Assembly (NCBI GenBank): GCA_038214755.1
Contig: JBBQRQ010000036.1
Location: 1 to 45,104 of the forward strand
From: Verrucomicrobiota bacterium
GTDB lineage: Bacteria; Verrucomicrobiota; Verrucomicrobiia; Limisphaerales; CANJXF01
DNA: 45,104 bases
Reading direction: 5' to 3'
Shown piece after piece: positions 20,801 to 27,957 of this stretch (positions are counted from its first letter, which is position 1; each line of letters begins with the position of its first letter). Both the position numbers and the translations under genes were made by a program. Below the pieces are notes generated by a model. That model was not told the DNA's origin and ran no database searches. It saw only the letters and a program-made list of their open reading frames with translations.

Positions 20801-21043
20801 TCGCATCACCGCAAGAATGATCGTCACCAGTGCGGCAAACAACAGAAGCGCGCGAAACCAAGTTGGAGTTTCCCAAAAGCGATCGGAAAAAAATAGAAGC
20901 GCGTAAGAACAAATCGCTCCCAAAAAGCCGATGCAGACCGCCGTCGTGGTCTCGACTTTCCAAAGGCGTCGTTCCAGCGAAGCGAATTGCTTCTGCAAAC
21001 TTTCCGGCAAAGAAATTTCGTTATTGCTCTTGTTGTTCGACAC
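17846..21043 (-). CDS. Large membrane-anchored coiled-coil protein (DUF4175-like)
   Basis: Three N-terminal TM segments, Ig-like part with D.PP / DDFGV motifs, long Q/E/K coiled coil, C-terminal LPTEFRETLENYFKAI; GTG 21043 chosen from promoter position. Confidence 0.8.
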   Translation of the reverse strand: MSNNKSNNEISLPESLQKQFASLERRLWKVETTTAVCIGFLGAICSYALLFFSDRFWETPTWFRALLLFAALVTIILAVMRWSFRWIVLRRDWRALSLIVQKKFRLLGDRLLGIVELSSESKHYANFSPELYRAAINQVADETAQFDFREAVQTSSAKKIIAVTAGLAVLVFILCALVPALGQNVFHRWIAPLAEISRYTLVQIAELPKELVVPHGENFSLNAQVAYRSFWKPARANAKIAMQTSVSAKVHGSEIHLEVPAQIQNGILRIKLGDATRDVAIIPTHRPALKQISAAVQLPDYLQTLPTNQVLANGNLNLLEGSKFVLRGKISRELETARVFITTNGTPNSSSTRVGPPLAVMPIGKSAFLSTDLSEPLQISGDEFSTRTFDDQTAQLSFLWRDRFGLSNAALWKLSIQRQKDLPPTPALPDLPSDVAMLDSDVLEIRAAGKDDFGVRDLGLSWNFESDSIRPSGSMTTEIKIEPRARHERLFEKIFRWSPAIFQVPEDSSVELIAFARDYFPERERTESSVHRIHVLGKEKHSELVRQRLESLLARVEEVSRLEEKVMANTSELQENEKLSEQQKTDRIGKVNEEQERNAKNLEQLAKEGMRTLQEGLKNPVFTEQALQEWAKNLQEMQNLAQKEMKSAGEKLKSAQKNSSAGSRKKDLADAQKKEQEILEALEKMQGKVNKDLDELQALTLAERLRKVGSTETEISGELQKIIPETIGMLPKELPEKFRKVGTVLANRQEATQTESQQLQNEINRFFERTQKKNYGEVSKEISEAKTSEELERLGGFIKDNIAMEATKNLSAWAERFGKWADKLEPPKEESSSAKGSGQSGEPPLDMTKTLVALLRLREKEITLREQTRLLDEQRGDETNYKERAGALSGAQKKLGDDVAGLSKENKLPPLIEPYQQTGQAMSEAELLLQKPQTDKTTWAAQVKSVDLLTDLINLINEQAKRQNSSSPPQDGEGESAAEQMAFLMQMMSPQNKPGEAMALNPRGVWNQSGGSTEKAGGPADGDANGRGREGRRVEKASGAAGISLPTEFRETLENYFKAIEQESN
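19939..20011. repeat. REP-like element in-frame in the DUF4175-like gene
   Basis: Terminal inverted repeat ggaacgccga / tcggcgttcc; same family as 2719-2741. Confidence 0.7.
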
Positions 21044-21051
21044 GCAGCGAC

Positions 21052-21079
21052 AAAGTAGCAGCGAAGCAAAGTTGGACAA
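21052..21079 (-). promoter_or_regulatory. Putative sigma70 promoter of the DUF4175-like gene
   Basis: TTGTCC-16-TACTTT with extended TG, 8 nt before GTG. Confidence 0.55.
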
Positions 21080-21139
21080 AGTTTTGTTTCGGACGGAACA
21101 AACGTTGGTTTTCGGAAAGAACCCGGCTAAATTGCCCGC

Positions 21140-21370
21140 ATGAAAACTTTAGATCGCGTTACACTAAATCCCAACGTGATGGGCGGACGTCCTTGCCTTC
21201 GCGGGATGCGGGTGACGGTTGGGATGATTGTCGGCCTGATCGGCGCTGGCCATAGCAACGCTGAGATTTTGAGACTTTATCCCTATTTGGAAGGAGAAGA
21301 CATTTCGCAGGCGCTCAAATATGCCGCGTGGCGCGCCGAAGAAATAGAATTGCCGCTCCAGCCGGCATGA
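21140..21370 (+). CDS. DUF433 antitoxin
   Basis: RVTLNPNVMGGRPCLRGMRVTV...YPYLEGEDISQALKYAA; TTGGTT-17-TAAATT-6-ATG. Confidence 0.92.
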   Translation: MKTLDRVTLNPNVMGGRPCLRGMRVTVGMIVGLIGAGHSNAEILRLYPYLEGEDISQALKYAAWRAEEIELPLQPA

Positions 21371-21741
21371 AGTTGGTCGTAGACATGAATTTGTCGCCCG
21401 AGTGGGCCCCGATTTTAATCAAGGCAGGTTGGGAAACTGTTCATTGGTCCACCATCGGAAATCCTCGTGCCGAAGACTCCGAAATTATGAAATGGGCGCT
21501 GGAACACAACCATGTGGTTTTCACTCATGATCTGGATTTTGGAACTCTGCTCGCGCTCACCAATGCCTCTGGCCCCAGCGTGGTTCAAGTCCGCACTGAA
21601 GACGTAACGCCGCAAGCCATCGGATTGCTTGTGATCAATGCGTTGAGGCAGTTTGAAAAACTTCTGGAACAAGGCGCATTGATTGTCATTGATGAAGCGC
21701 GCCTTCGCGCGCGCATTCTTCCATTACGCGAAAAAACGTAG
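21367..21741 (+). CDS. DUF5615 PIN-like toxin
   Basis: MKLVVDMNLSP, EDSEI, VFTHDLDFG; ATGA overlap with DUF433. Confidence 0.9.
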   Translation: MKLVVDMNLSPEWAPILIKAGWETVHWSTIGNPRAEDSEIMKWALEHNHVVFTHDLDFGTLLALTNASGPSVVQVRTEDVTPQAIGLLVINALRQFEKLLEQGALIVIDEARLRARILPLREKT

Positions 21742-21763
21742 TGCCGTTTTTAACCAAGCCTCG

Positions 21764-21964
21764 AAAAAACAGAAACGCATACGAATAAATCGCTCCCGGC
21801 AAGCCGACACAAGCCGCCGCTGCAGTTTCAATCCGCAAAAGCCGTCGTTCGAGCAAAGCAAATTGTCGTTTCAAACTTTCCGGCAGCGAGATTTCGTTAT
21901 GGCTCTTGTGATTCGACACGCAGCGACAAAGTTGCAGCGAAGCAAAGTTGGAGAAAGTTTTGTT
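21764..21964 (-). pseudogene. Truncated duplicate of the promoter and 5' end of the DUF4175-like gene
   Basis: Aligns to 20888-21088 at offset 876; EISLPESLKRQFALLERRL vs EISLPESLQKQFASLERRL. Confidence 0.88.
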
Positions 21965-22053
21965 CGCCGTCGCAAAATTCGCGTTCAAACGCCCTAGGGA
22001 TTTGGTAAAAAACATTCGTGAGTTGGGCAAAAGCTGATAAGCTCATCAAACCA

Positions 22054-23382
22054 ATGGTCACGCGATTCCACCGTTATTTTCTCATTGCTTTGCTCGTTGC
22101 GCTGGCACCGTTGGCGCGTGCCCAAAACGTGGAGGTATTGCATTATTTCGATGTTACGAACGGTGCGGGGCCTAGCATTGATCTCGTCGATAGCCAACCA
22201 GGATTGTTTTTGGGCGGGACGGTCAGTGGAGGGTCATCTGGAATGGGAACCGTTTTTCAAATTGGAACTAATGGGATGATGGTCTTCCCAGTTTCATTTA
22301 ACGGCTCAAATGGCTCTCGCCCTTCTGGGAAACTAGTTCCTGCGGGCAACCATTACTATTACGGGACGACCCAGCAAGGTGGATCCTCGAACGTGGGAAC
22401 AATTTTTAAAACCCAAGGATTTCAGATTATCACTTTGTGGTCGTTCGCTGGAACCAATGGAGGCCGCCCGGAGGGATTAATGTTGGGGTTGGACGGATAT
22501 TTTTATGGAACAACTTTTTTAGGTGGGAGTAGTAATCGCGGAACTATTTTCCAGTTCAAGGATCAATCGTTCGCAGGTTCGGCTACATTGACTGAATTGT
22601 TTAGTTTTCTGGAAGCGAGCGGAACGCATTCGTTGATGCAAGCGGCGGACGGAAATTTCTACGGAACGACATCTTCTGGCGGAATCAGCAACAACGGAAC
22701 AGTTTTCACGTTTTCGACGAACGGCACGTATTCAACTCTGGTTTTTTTTACCGGCACAAACGGTTCGCATCCTGGGTTTCCGTTGATCCAAGCAGATAAC
22801 GGCGATTTTTACGGCACAACACAGGACGGCGGGGCAGAAAATTACGGAACGGTTTTCAAAATGGACGCTGCGGGAAATTTAACCACGTTGGCGTCTTTTA
22901 GTAACACGAATGGCTCGAAGGTGAGAACCTTGATGCAGGCAAGCGATGGAGTTTTTTACGGGACAACTTATGCAAGCATTCAAGGTGTTCCTTCAGGAAC
23001 TGTTTTCAGAATCACTCCGGCTGGAACACTGACGACACTCGCTTTTTTTTCCGGATTAAGCGGAGAAGGTCCTTCGACGAAGTTGTTTGAAAAGAACGGA
23101 TACTTTTATGGAACTACGGTCGCAGGTGGAAATTTTCCGGGAGCAGGAACCTTTTACCGACTCGCAATGCCGGTCACTTTACGTTCGCGGGTGACCGGCA
23201 ACGAAATAATTCTCTTTTGGCCGACAAATCAAATCGGGTTCACATTGCAAGCAGCAGCGGATTTAAATTCTTCCACCAACTGGATTGATTCAACTAATTC
23301 GCCAGCGGTCGTGGGCGCGCAGTTCACCGTCACCAATTCCCTTTCCGCAAATGCACAGTTTTATCGGTTGAAGAAACCCTAA
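22054..23382 (+). CDS. Choice-of-anchor GloVer tandem-repeat secreted protein
   Basis: Signal peptide ending ARA; repeats DGxFYGTTxxGG...GTVFx; C-terminal WP...FTLQ...TNW...FYRL domain. Confidence 0.85.
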   Translation: MVTRFHRYFLIALLVALAPLARAQNVEVLHYFDVTNGAGPSIDLVDSQPGLFLGGTVSGGSSGMGTVFQIGTNGMMVFPVSFNGSNGSRPSGKLVPAGNHYYYGTTQQGGSSNVGTIFKTQGFQIITLWSFAGTNGGRPEGLMLGLDGYFYGTTFLGGSSNRGTIFQFKDQSFAGSATLTELFSFLEASGTHSLMQAADGNFYGTTSSGGISNNGTVFTFSTNGTYSTLVFFTGTNGSHPGFPLIQADNGDFYGTTQDGGAENYGTVFKMDAAGNLTTLASFSNTNGSKVRTLMQASDGVFYGTTYASIQGVPSGTVFRITPAGTLTTLAFFSGLSGEGPSTKLFEKNGYFYGTTVAGGNFPGAGTFYRLAMPVTLRSRVTGNEIILFWPTNQIGFTLQAAADLNSSTNWIDSTNSPAVVGAQFTVTNSLSANAQFYRLKKP

Positions 23383-23573
23383 AGTCCTCGCAACGTCCGT
23401 TGCGTCACATTCCGCGACTTCATCGCGGCGATTAAATACCTAAGCGTATCCGCCGCGTCATCACCGCCCACTCCTACTTCATCCGCGTCCACTTTCAAAA
23501 CATCTTCCTGCCGGTGCGGATCATGTTGCAGCGAAGGCAAACATTCCAGCAACCGTCCGCACCGCCGATGAAT
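23379..23573 (-). pseudogene. C-terminal fragment of a phage terminase large subunit
   Basis: IHRRCGRLLECLPSLQHDPHRQEDVLKVD...GDDAADTLRY resembles the terminase nuclease C-terminus (C..LI..L...D / DDxxDALRY); no N-terminal ATPase present. Confidence 0.65.
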
Positions 23574-23575
23574 GT

Positions 23576-23760
23576 TTATACCATTCCCGCCAACTTGCGA
23601 CCCGTCCAATAAATCACGAGTAAGAACAGAATCAATCCGCCCCACCATGGACTCGACCATAGACGGATTCGTTTTTCGATGGGCTTCGGTTCGGGCAACA
23701 AAGAAATTTTCTGAACGATTTTTTCGAGGTCTTCGTAGGAGACGCTTGCGCCGCCGGTCA
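23576..23760 (-). pseudogene. Displaced duplicate of the 3' end of the vWA gene
   Basis: Aligns to 24502-24686 at offset 926; last ~61 residues differ at only 2 amino acids. Confidence 0.92.
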
Positions 23761-23804
23761 GAAGACCGCTTGTCATCGCTGGTCTTGAAGTTTAGCGTTA
23801 CGAC

Positions 23805-24032
23805 ATGCCGATTTTTTTGCCATTGAAAAAGATGTCGCGGGACGAAAAACTTCGCGTCATGGAGGCGATCTGGACGGATCTTTCGCAGGACGAAAAGCAG
23901 TTCGAATCGCCCGCGTGGCACGAACAAGCACTTCATGAAACCGAACAATTAGTCAAAACGGGCGAGGCGAAATTCTCCGATTGGGATGAGGCAAAAAAAC
24001 GGATGCGTCGAAAAGCTGAAAAGCTGGCGTGA
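23805..24032 (+). CDS. Putative addiction module antitoxin component
   Basis: MSRDEKLRVMEAIWTDLS...SPAWH...FSDWDEAKKR; TTGTCA-17-TAGCGT-6-ATG. Confidence 0.88.
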   Translation: MPIFLPLKKMSRDEKLRVMEAIWTDLSQDEKQFESPAWHEQALHETEQLVKTGEAKFSDWDEAKKRMRRKAEKLA

Positions 24033-24328
24033 ACCTTCAAATCCTCAGTCTGGCGGAAGCGGACTTGCTCGACGGCTTTCAGTTCTACGAGCGCCAGGCA
24101 ACGGGAGTCGGCTGGTATTTTCTCGAAACACTTCATTCAGATATTGAATCACTTCGTCTTTACGCGGGCATTCATTCCTTGATTTTCGGCTACCACCGTT
24201 TGCTGTCCAAGCGTTTTCCATTTGCGATCTACTACGACATCTCCGAGGAAAATATCAGAGTGTGGCGCGTGCTTGATTGTCGGCGCGATCCTCACTGGAT
24301 TCGTAGCCAGCTAAAACCTAAAAACTAA
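24029..24328 (+). CDS. RelE/ParE-family toxin
   Basis: AEADLLDGFQFYERQATGVG.YF, RLLSKRFPFAIYY, VLDCRRDP; GTGA overlap with antitoxin. Confidence 0.9.
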   Translation: MNLQILSLAEADLLDGFQFYERQATGVGWYFLETLHSDIESLRLYAGIHSLIFGYHRLLSKRFPFAIYYDISEENIRVWRVLDCRRDPHWIRSQLKPKN

Positions 24329-24350
24329 ATGTGAAACGCTGCGAATAAAA

Positions 24351-24500
24351 ATGGGGAGCGCACGCCTCCGGCGTGTGGTTTTCGGCGCGTCGCGCCGAAA
24401 ACTGCGTTTCACAAATTATTTAAATTGGGAATGAGGGAGATAGATAACGAGGGTTCGGGCGCGACGCCCGAACCGGCACGCGAGACGCGTGCGCTCCCAT
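24351..24500. repeat. REP-like element (ggagcgc family) directly after the vWA stop
   Basis: gggagcgcacgc ... gcgtgcgctccc ends, each arm with an internal hairpin (gttttcggcgcg..cgcgccgaaaac; gttcgggcg..cgcccgaac). Confidence 0.85.
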
Positions 24501-24501
24501 T

Positions 24502-26757
24502 TCAAACCATCCCCGCCAACTTTCTTCCCGTCCAATAAATCGCGAGCAAGAACAGAATCAATCCGCCCCACCACGGGCTCGACCAAAGGCGGATTCGTTT
24601 TTCGATGGGTTTGGGTTCCGGCAGTAGAGAAATTTTCTGGATGATTTTTTCGAGGTCTTCGTAGGAGACGCTTGCGCCGCCGGTGAGTCCGGCGATTTCG
24701 CGCAAGACCTGGCTGTTCACGGGCTGGCCAATTTTTTCGCGCAAAGGTTGGTTTACTAGAATTTCTGTTTCCAAACTTCGCGAGTTTTTCTCGGCGGCTA
24801 GTTGGATTTTATATTTTCCACCGGCTTGCGCGATGAAGCTCGATTTGAAAACGCCCCAACCGCCTTCGAGCGCGGAAAATTCCAATCGCTCGCTGCGATT
24901 ATTTGGCGAAATAATTTTTCCCGTCACAGTTTCGTTTTCCGCTGGATAACCTGCCGTGTCCAAAACGGTTCCTTGCAGAAAAACGGTGTCGCCGACGTGC
25001 GGCGTTTCGGGACTGTAGCTCAAACGAATTCCTTCCTTCTCCGACAAATGCCGTTGATGCGCCATCCAGCGAACGACCTGGCTCCAGAAGCGATAATGAA
25101 ATTTATCTTCGACGCCGCGACGCCATCGCCACGCGCTGTCGCTGCCCATGAATAAAATTTTTCCAGTTCCAGCGGCGCGAGTGGCGAGTAGCGGCATTCG
25201 GCCAAAAGAATTTCGCAGTGAAGAATGCACCGCCAAGACTTCAGAGCCGGGGCGACTTTTTTCCACAGCAGCCGACCAATAAAATCCGGGAAGAAGTTTC
25301 CACAATTCGTCGTTGTGATTTTCGTCGGAGTCAAAACGCGTCAGCAAATGATGTTTCCCCATCGACGAAAGCAGAAGTTGCGATTCGTTTTGCAAACCGG
25401 TGCCCTGGGGTTTCTTTTCGTCGAGAACGACAGGATAAAGATCGGCCAACGGACTTTTCAAAAAGGTCAATTCACGTCCGCGTCGGCCCGGCAGAAAAAT
25501 CAAGCCGCTCGATTGTTGTTCGACCAAACCTTTGATGAGTTCGGCATCTTTCTCCGTGAGTTCGCCGCTGCCGATGCCGACGTCGCCGAGAAAAATCACG
25601 TCGTAACTGGAAATCTGTTCCTTCGTGCTCGGAAACGCGGGCAGATAATCTTTCCCGCCGCCCATGCCGATTTCGGGATGAAACAAAATGCAGTGCATCT
25701 CGACGCCGGGATCGCGCGCGAGTGCGTTGCGCAGGTAACGATATTCCCAGCGCGGCAACGAATCGACGACGAGCACCTTGAGTTTGTCCTCGCGAATGTT
25801 GATGCGAAAATTTTGCTCGTTGTTCTCCGCGATTCCTTCGTCCGGCTGGCCGGGCAATTTGAGTGTCAACGTCGCTTCGCCCATCGCATGCGGCGACCAC
25901 AAAATCGCATCCTGAACTTCGCCCAGCGGCGGGATGACAATTTCCTTTTTCACTTCGTCCCAATTCGCTTCGCCGAGAGAAATTTCCGTTCGAACTTCAT
26001 GCGGCAAATGACTGCGAATTTTGAATGGAATCGCAATTTGCTCGCCGAACAATCCGTAAGACGGCGCGGAAACATTTTCCAAAACCAGATCGGGAATGGG
26101 CGTCTCGCGTCCAACGGTCACGGCGAAAACGGGAATGTTTTGTTCGCGCAAACGTGTTGCGGCCACGAGCGGAGATTTGCCCTGGTTCCAATCGCCGTCG
26201 GTCAAAAGCAAAACGGCTTTGAGATTTTTCTGCTGTTGCGCGGCGGTTTCGAGAACGCGATTTAGATCCGTGCCGTCGTCGGTCTGCGGAGCATTCGTGT
26301 TTGAAGTTGGCGCGGAAAAATCCGTGAGAACAACTTTGCCCGATTTTTCCAACGGCTTCCAAAATTGCGACCGCCGTTTTTGCTGGAGCCAATCAGCGCG
26401 AGCGACGGCGCGATTCGTTTGCGTAGCAGCCGACGTGAGGAGGCTCTGATTAGTTGTTTGAGGAATTGAAATGAGCCTCCTCACGTCGGCTCCTACGATG
26501 TCACGAGTATTCATGCTTGCGGACGCGTCCATGAGCACGGCGATTTCTGGATTCTCCGTTCGTTTGATTTGCCGAACAAATTCCGGGCGAAGCAAAGTCA
26601 CGACCAGCAGCGTGATGATGAAAAGTCGCAGGCCTTCGAGCGTCGTCACCGCCTTGCGTCCTTCACTGGCCCGCCGATGCGAAACAAAAAGCCAAATCGC
26701 CGCCAGCCATACGATGAGCGCGACGACTGTGACTGGAGTTGAGGCGGCGAAATTCAT
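24502..26757 (-). CDS. vWA-domain plus class-I glutamine-amidotransferase-like membrane protein
   Basis: MIDAS DASASM, T(DL), LLLTDG; PRWEYRYLRNAL, YDVIFLGDV, WRWR, FWSQVVRWMA; TM helices at both ends. Confidence 0.85.
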   Translation of the reverse strand: MNFAASTPVTVVALIVWLAAIWLFVSHRRASEGRKAVTTLEGLRLFIITLLVVTLLRPEFVRQIKRTENPEIAVLMDASASMNTRDIVGADVRRLISIPQTTNQSLLTSAATQTNRAVARADWLQQKRRSQFWKPLEKSGKVVLTDFSAPTSNTNAPQTDDGTDLNRVLETAAQQQKNLKAVLLLTDGDWNQGKSPLVAATRLREQNIPVFAVTVGRETPIPDLVLENVSAPSYGLFGEQIAIPFKIRSHLPHEVRTEISLGEANWDEVKKEIVIPPLGEVQDAILWSPHAMGEATLTLKLPGQPDEGIAENNEQNFRINIREDKLKVLVVDSLPRWEYRYLRNALARDPGVEMHCILFHPEIGMGGGKDYLPAFPSTKEQISSYDVIFLGDVGIGSGELTEKDAELIKGLVEQQSSGLIFLPGRRGRELTFLKSPLADLYPVVLDEKKPQGTGLQNESQLLLSSMGKHHLLTRFDSDENHNDELWKLLPGFYWSAAVEKSRPGSEVLAVHSSLRNSFGRMPLLATRAAGTGKILFMGSDSAWRWRRGVEDKFHYRFWSQVVRWMAHQRHLSEKEGIRLSYSPETPHVGDTVFLQGTVLDTAGYPAENETVTGKIISPNNRSERLEFSALEGGWGVFKSSFIAQAGGKYKIQLAAEKNSRSLETEILVNQPLREKIGQPVNSQVLREIAGLTGGASVSYEDLEKIIQKISLLPEPKPIEKRIRLWSSPWWGGLILFLLAIYWTGRKLAGMV
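26423..26496. repeat. GTAG-type REP element in-frame in the vWA gene
   Basis: gtagcagccgacgtgaggaggctc ... gagcctcctcacgtcggctcctac; encodes VGADVRRL...SLLTSAAT. Confidence 0.88.
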
Positions 26758-26789
26758 CGGCAACTTATTGGCTGGAGTTGGAACTCCAA

Positions 26790-27599
26790 CTAAATTTCAA
26801 TTCTTCCATCAAACACAAATTCGGCCGGCCCGGTCAGACGAACATTCTCATACGCACCGTTCTTTTCATCGAAACTCACTTCCAAAACATCTCCGCCCGC
26901 GACGTGGACCTGCACCGGCGATGTGAAGTTTTTCAGCCGCGCCGAAATCAAGGCGGATGCCGTCACGCCCGTGCCGCACGCAAGCGTTTCGTTTTCCACT
27001 CCGCGCTCGTAAGTGCGAACGCGGATGCCATTCGCGCCGAGCACTTGAACGAAATTCACGTTGGTTCCCCGAGGCGCGAAATGTCGGTGATGGCGGATTT
27101 CCGGGCCGAGTTGTTGCACCATCGCTCGATCGGCGTCCTCCACAAAAATGACCGCGTGCGGCACGCCGGTGTTGAGGGAGTGAAGCGTTTGTTCGCCGGT
27201 GGACAGGGAAATTTTTTCGTTGAGCCGTAAGTTTTTTGGCGCGGTTAAATTTACGGTGACGCGTTCGCCATGAAAATTTGCAGCGATGACCCCCGCCCTG
27301 GTTTCAAATGTGATTTTATTTTTCGCGCCGGTCAGCTTTTGAATGAACCGGGCGAAACAACGCGCGCCGTTGCCGCACATTTCCGCGCGGCTGCCATCGC
27401 TGTTGAAAAAGTCCCAGGCCCAATCGGCTTTTCCGGAGGCGCAAGGGATCAGCAACATCACGCCGTCCGCGCCAACGCCGCGATGACGATCACAAATTTT
27501 CGCAGCTTGTTCAGGCGTGAGTTGAATTTTTCCGAGGCGATTATCCGCAATGACGAAGTCGTTTCCCGCGCCATTCATTTTGGTGAATTCCAAAACCAT
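26790..27599 (-). CDS. dapF: Diaminopimelate epimerase
   Basis: FTKMNGAGNDF, NSDGSRAEMCGNGARC, GVPHAV, ERGVENETLACGTG; TTGCGC-16-TACTTT-6-ATG. Confidence 0.96.
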   Translation of the reverse strand: MVLEFTKMNGAGNDFVIADNRLGKIQLTPEQAAKICDRHRGVGADGVMLLIPCASGKADWAWDFFNSDGSRAEMCGNGARCFARFIQKLTGAKNKITFETRAGVIAANFHGERVTVNLTAPKNLRLNEKISLSTGEQTLHSLNTGVPHAVIFVEDADRAMVQQLGPEIRHHRHFAPRGTNVNFVQVLGANGIRVRTYERGVENETLACGTGVTASALISARLKNFTSPVQVHVAGGDVLEVSFDEKNGAYENVRLTGPAEFVFDGRIEI

Positions 27600-27733
27600 T
27601 TTGAAAAAGTAGCGGCGCGAACTCAAAGCGCAATAAGGTTTGTCTTCGCTATCCGCAGGAACTCTCTTCGCCAAACGAGCTTTGTCTCCTCGAAGTAAGC
27701 GACACGATTACGACGAGGCTGTCACGAATTTAG

Positions 27734-27874
27734 CTCGCCCTCACCCCAGCCCTCTCCCTCAGGAGAGGGAGCCTATTGGGTCAGTCTTTGGAATTTCGAA
27801 TCGCCGCCGAACTTGCCCATCGTCGGAGAACTTTTCTCCCTCTCCTCGGGGGAGAGGGCTGGGGTGAGGGCGAG
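27734..27874. repeat. REP/MITE-like element, same family as 17525-17774
   Basis: ctcgccctcaccccagccctctccc ... gggagagggctggggtgagggcgag. Confidence 0.9.
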
Positions 27875-27957
27875 TGTGAAAATTTTTTAAACTGGGCCGA
27901 GCTTCTCGACGATTGCCTTGCGTCTGAAAAGATCGAGAAAGAGGAAATTTGAATTTT

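Noticed and set aside
21686..22030. 114-aa ORF as a functional gene
   Set aside because: It is the truncated duplicate of the DUF4175-like 5' end running into the antisense of the toxin gene.
23379..23948. 189-aa ORF as a real gene
   Set aside because: Chance read-through joining the antisense of the antitoxin, an off-frame vWA duplicate and the terminase scrap.
21089..24501. Intact prophage or integrative element
   Set aside because: No integrase, structural or replication genes; only a 195-bp terminase-like scrap.
23576..24686. Diversity-generating retroelement TR/VR pair
   Set aside because: Differences are mostly synonymous and include C/T and C/G changes rather than being adenine-specific; no reverse transcriptase in the window.
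13929..26265. Long plus-strand ORFs (13929-15095, 18986-19855, 19859-20896, 25225-26265) and similar ones elsewhere
   Set aside because: Antisense shadows of well-supported genes in GC-rich DNA, with no recognisable motifs.
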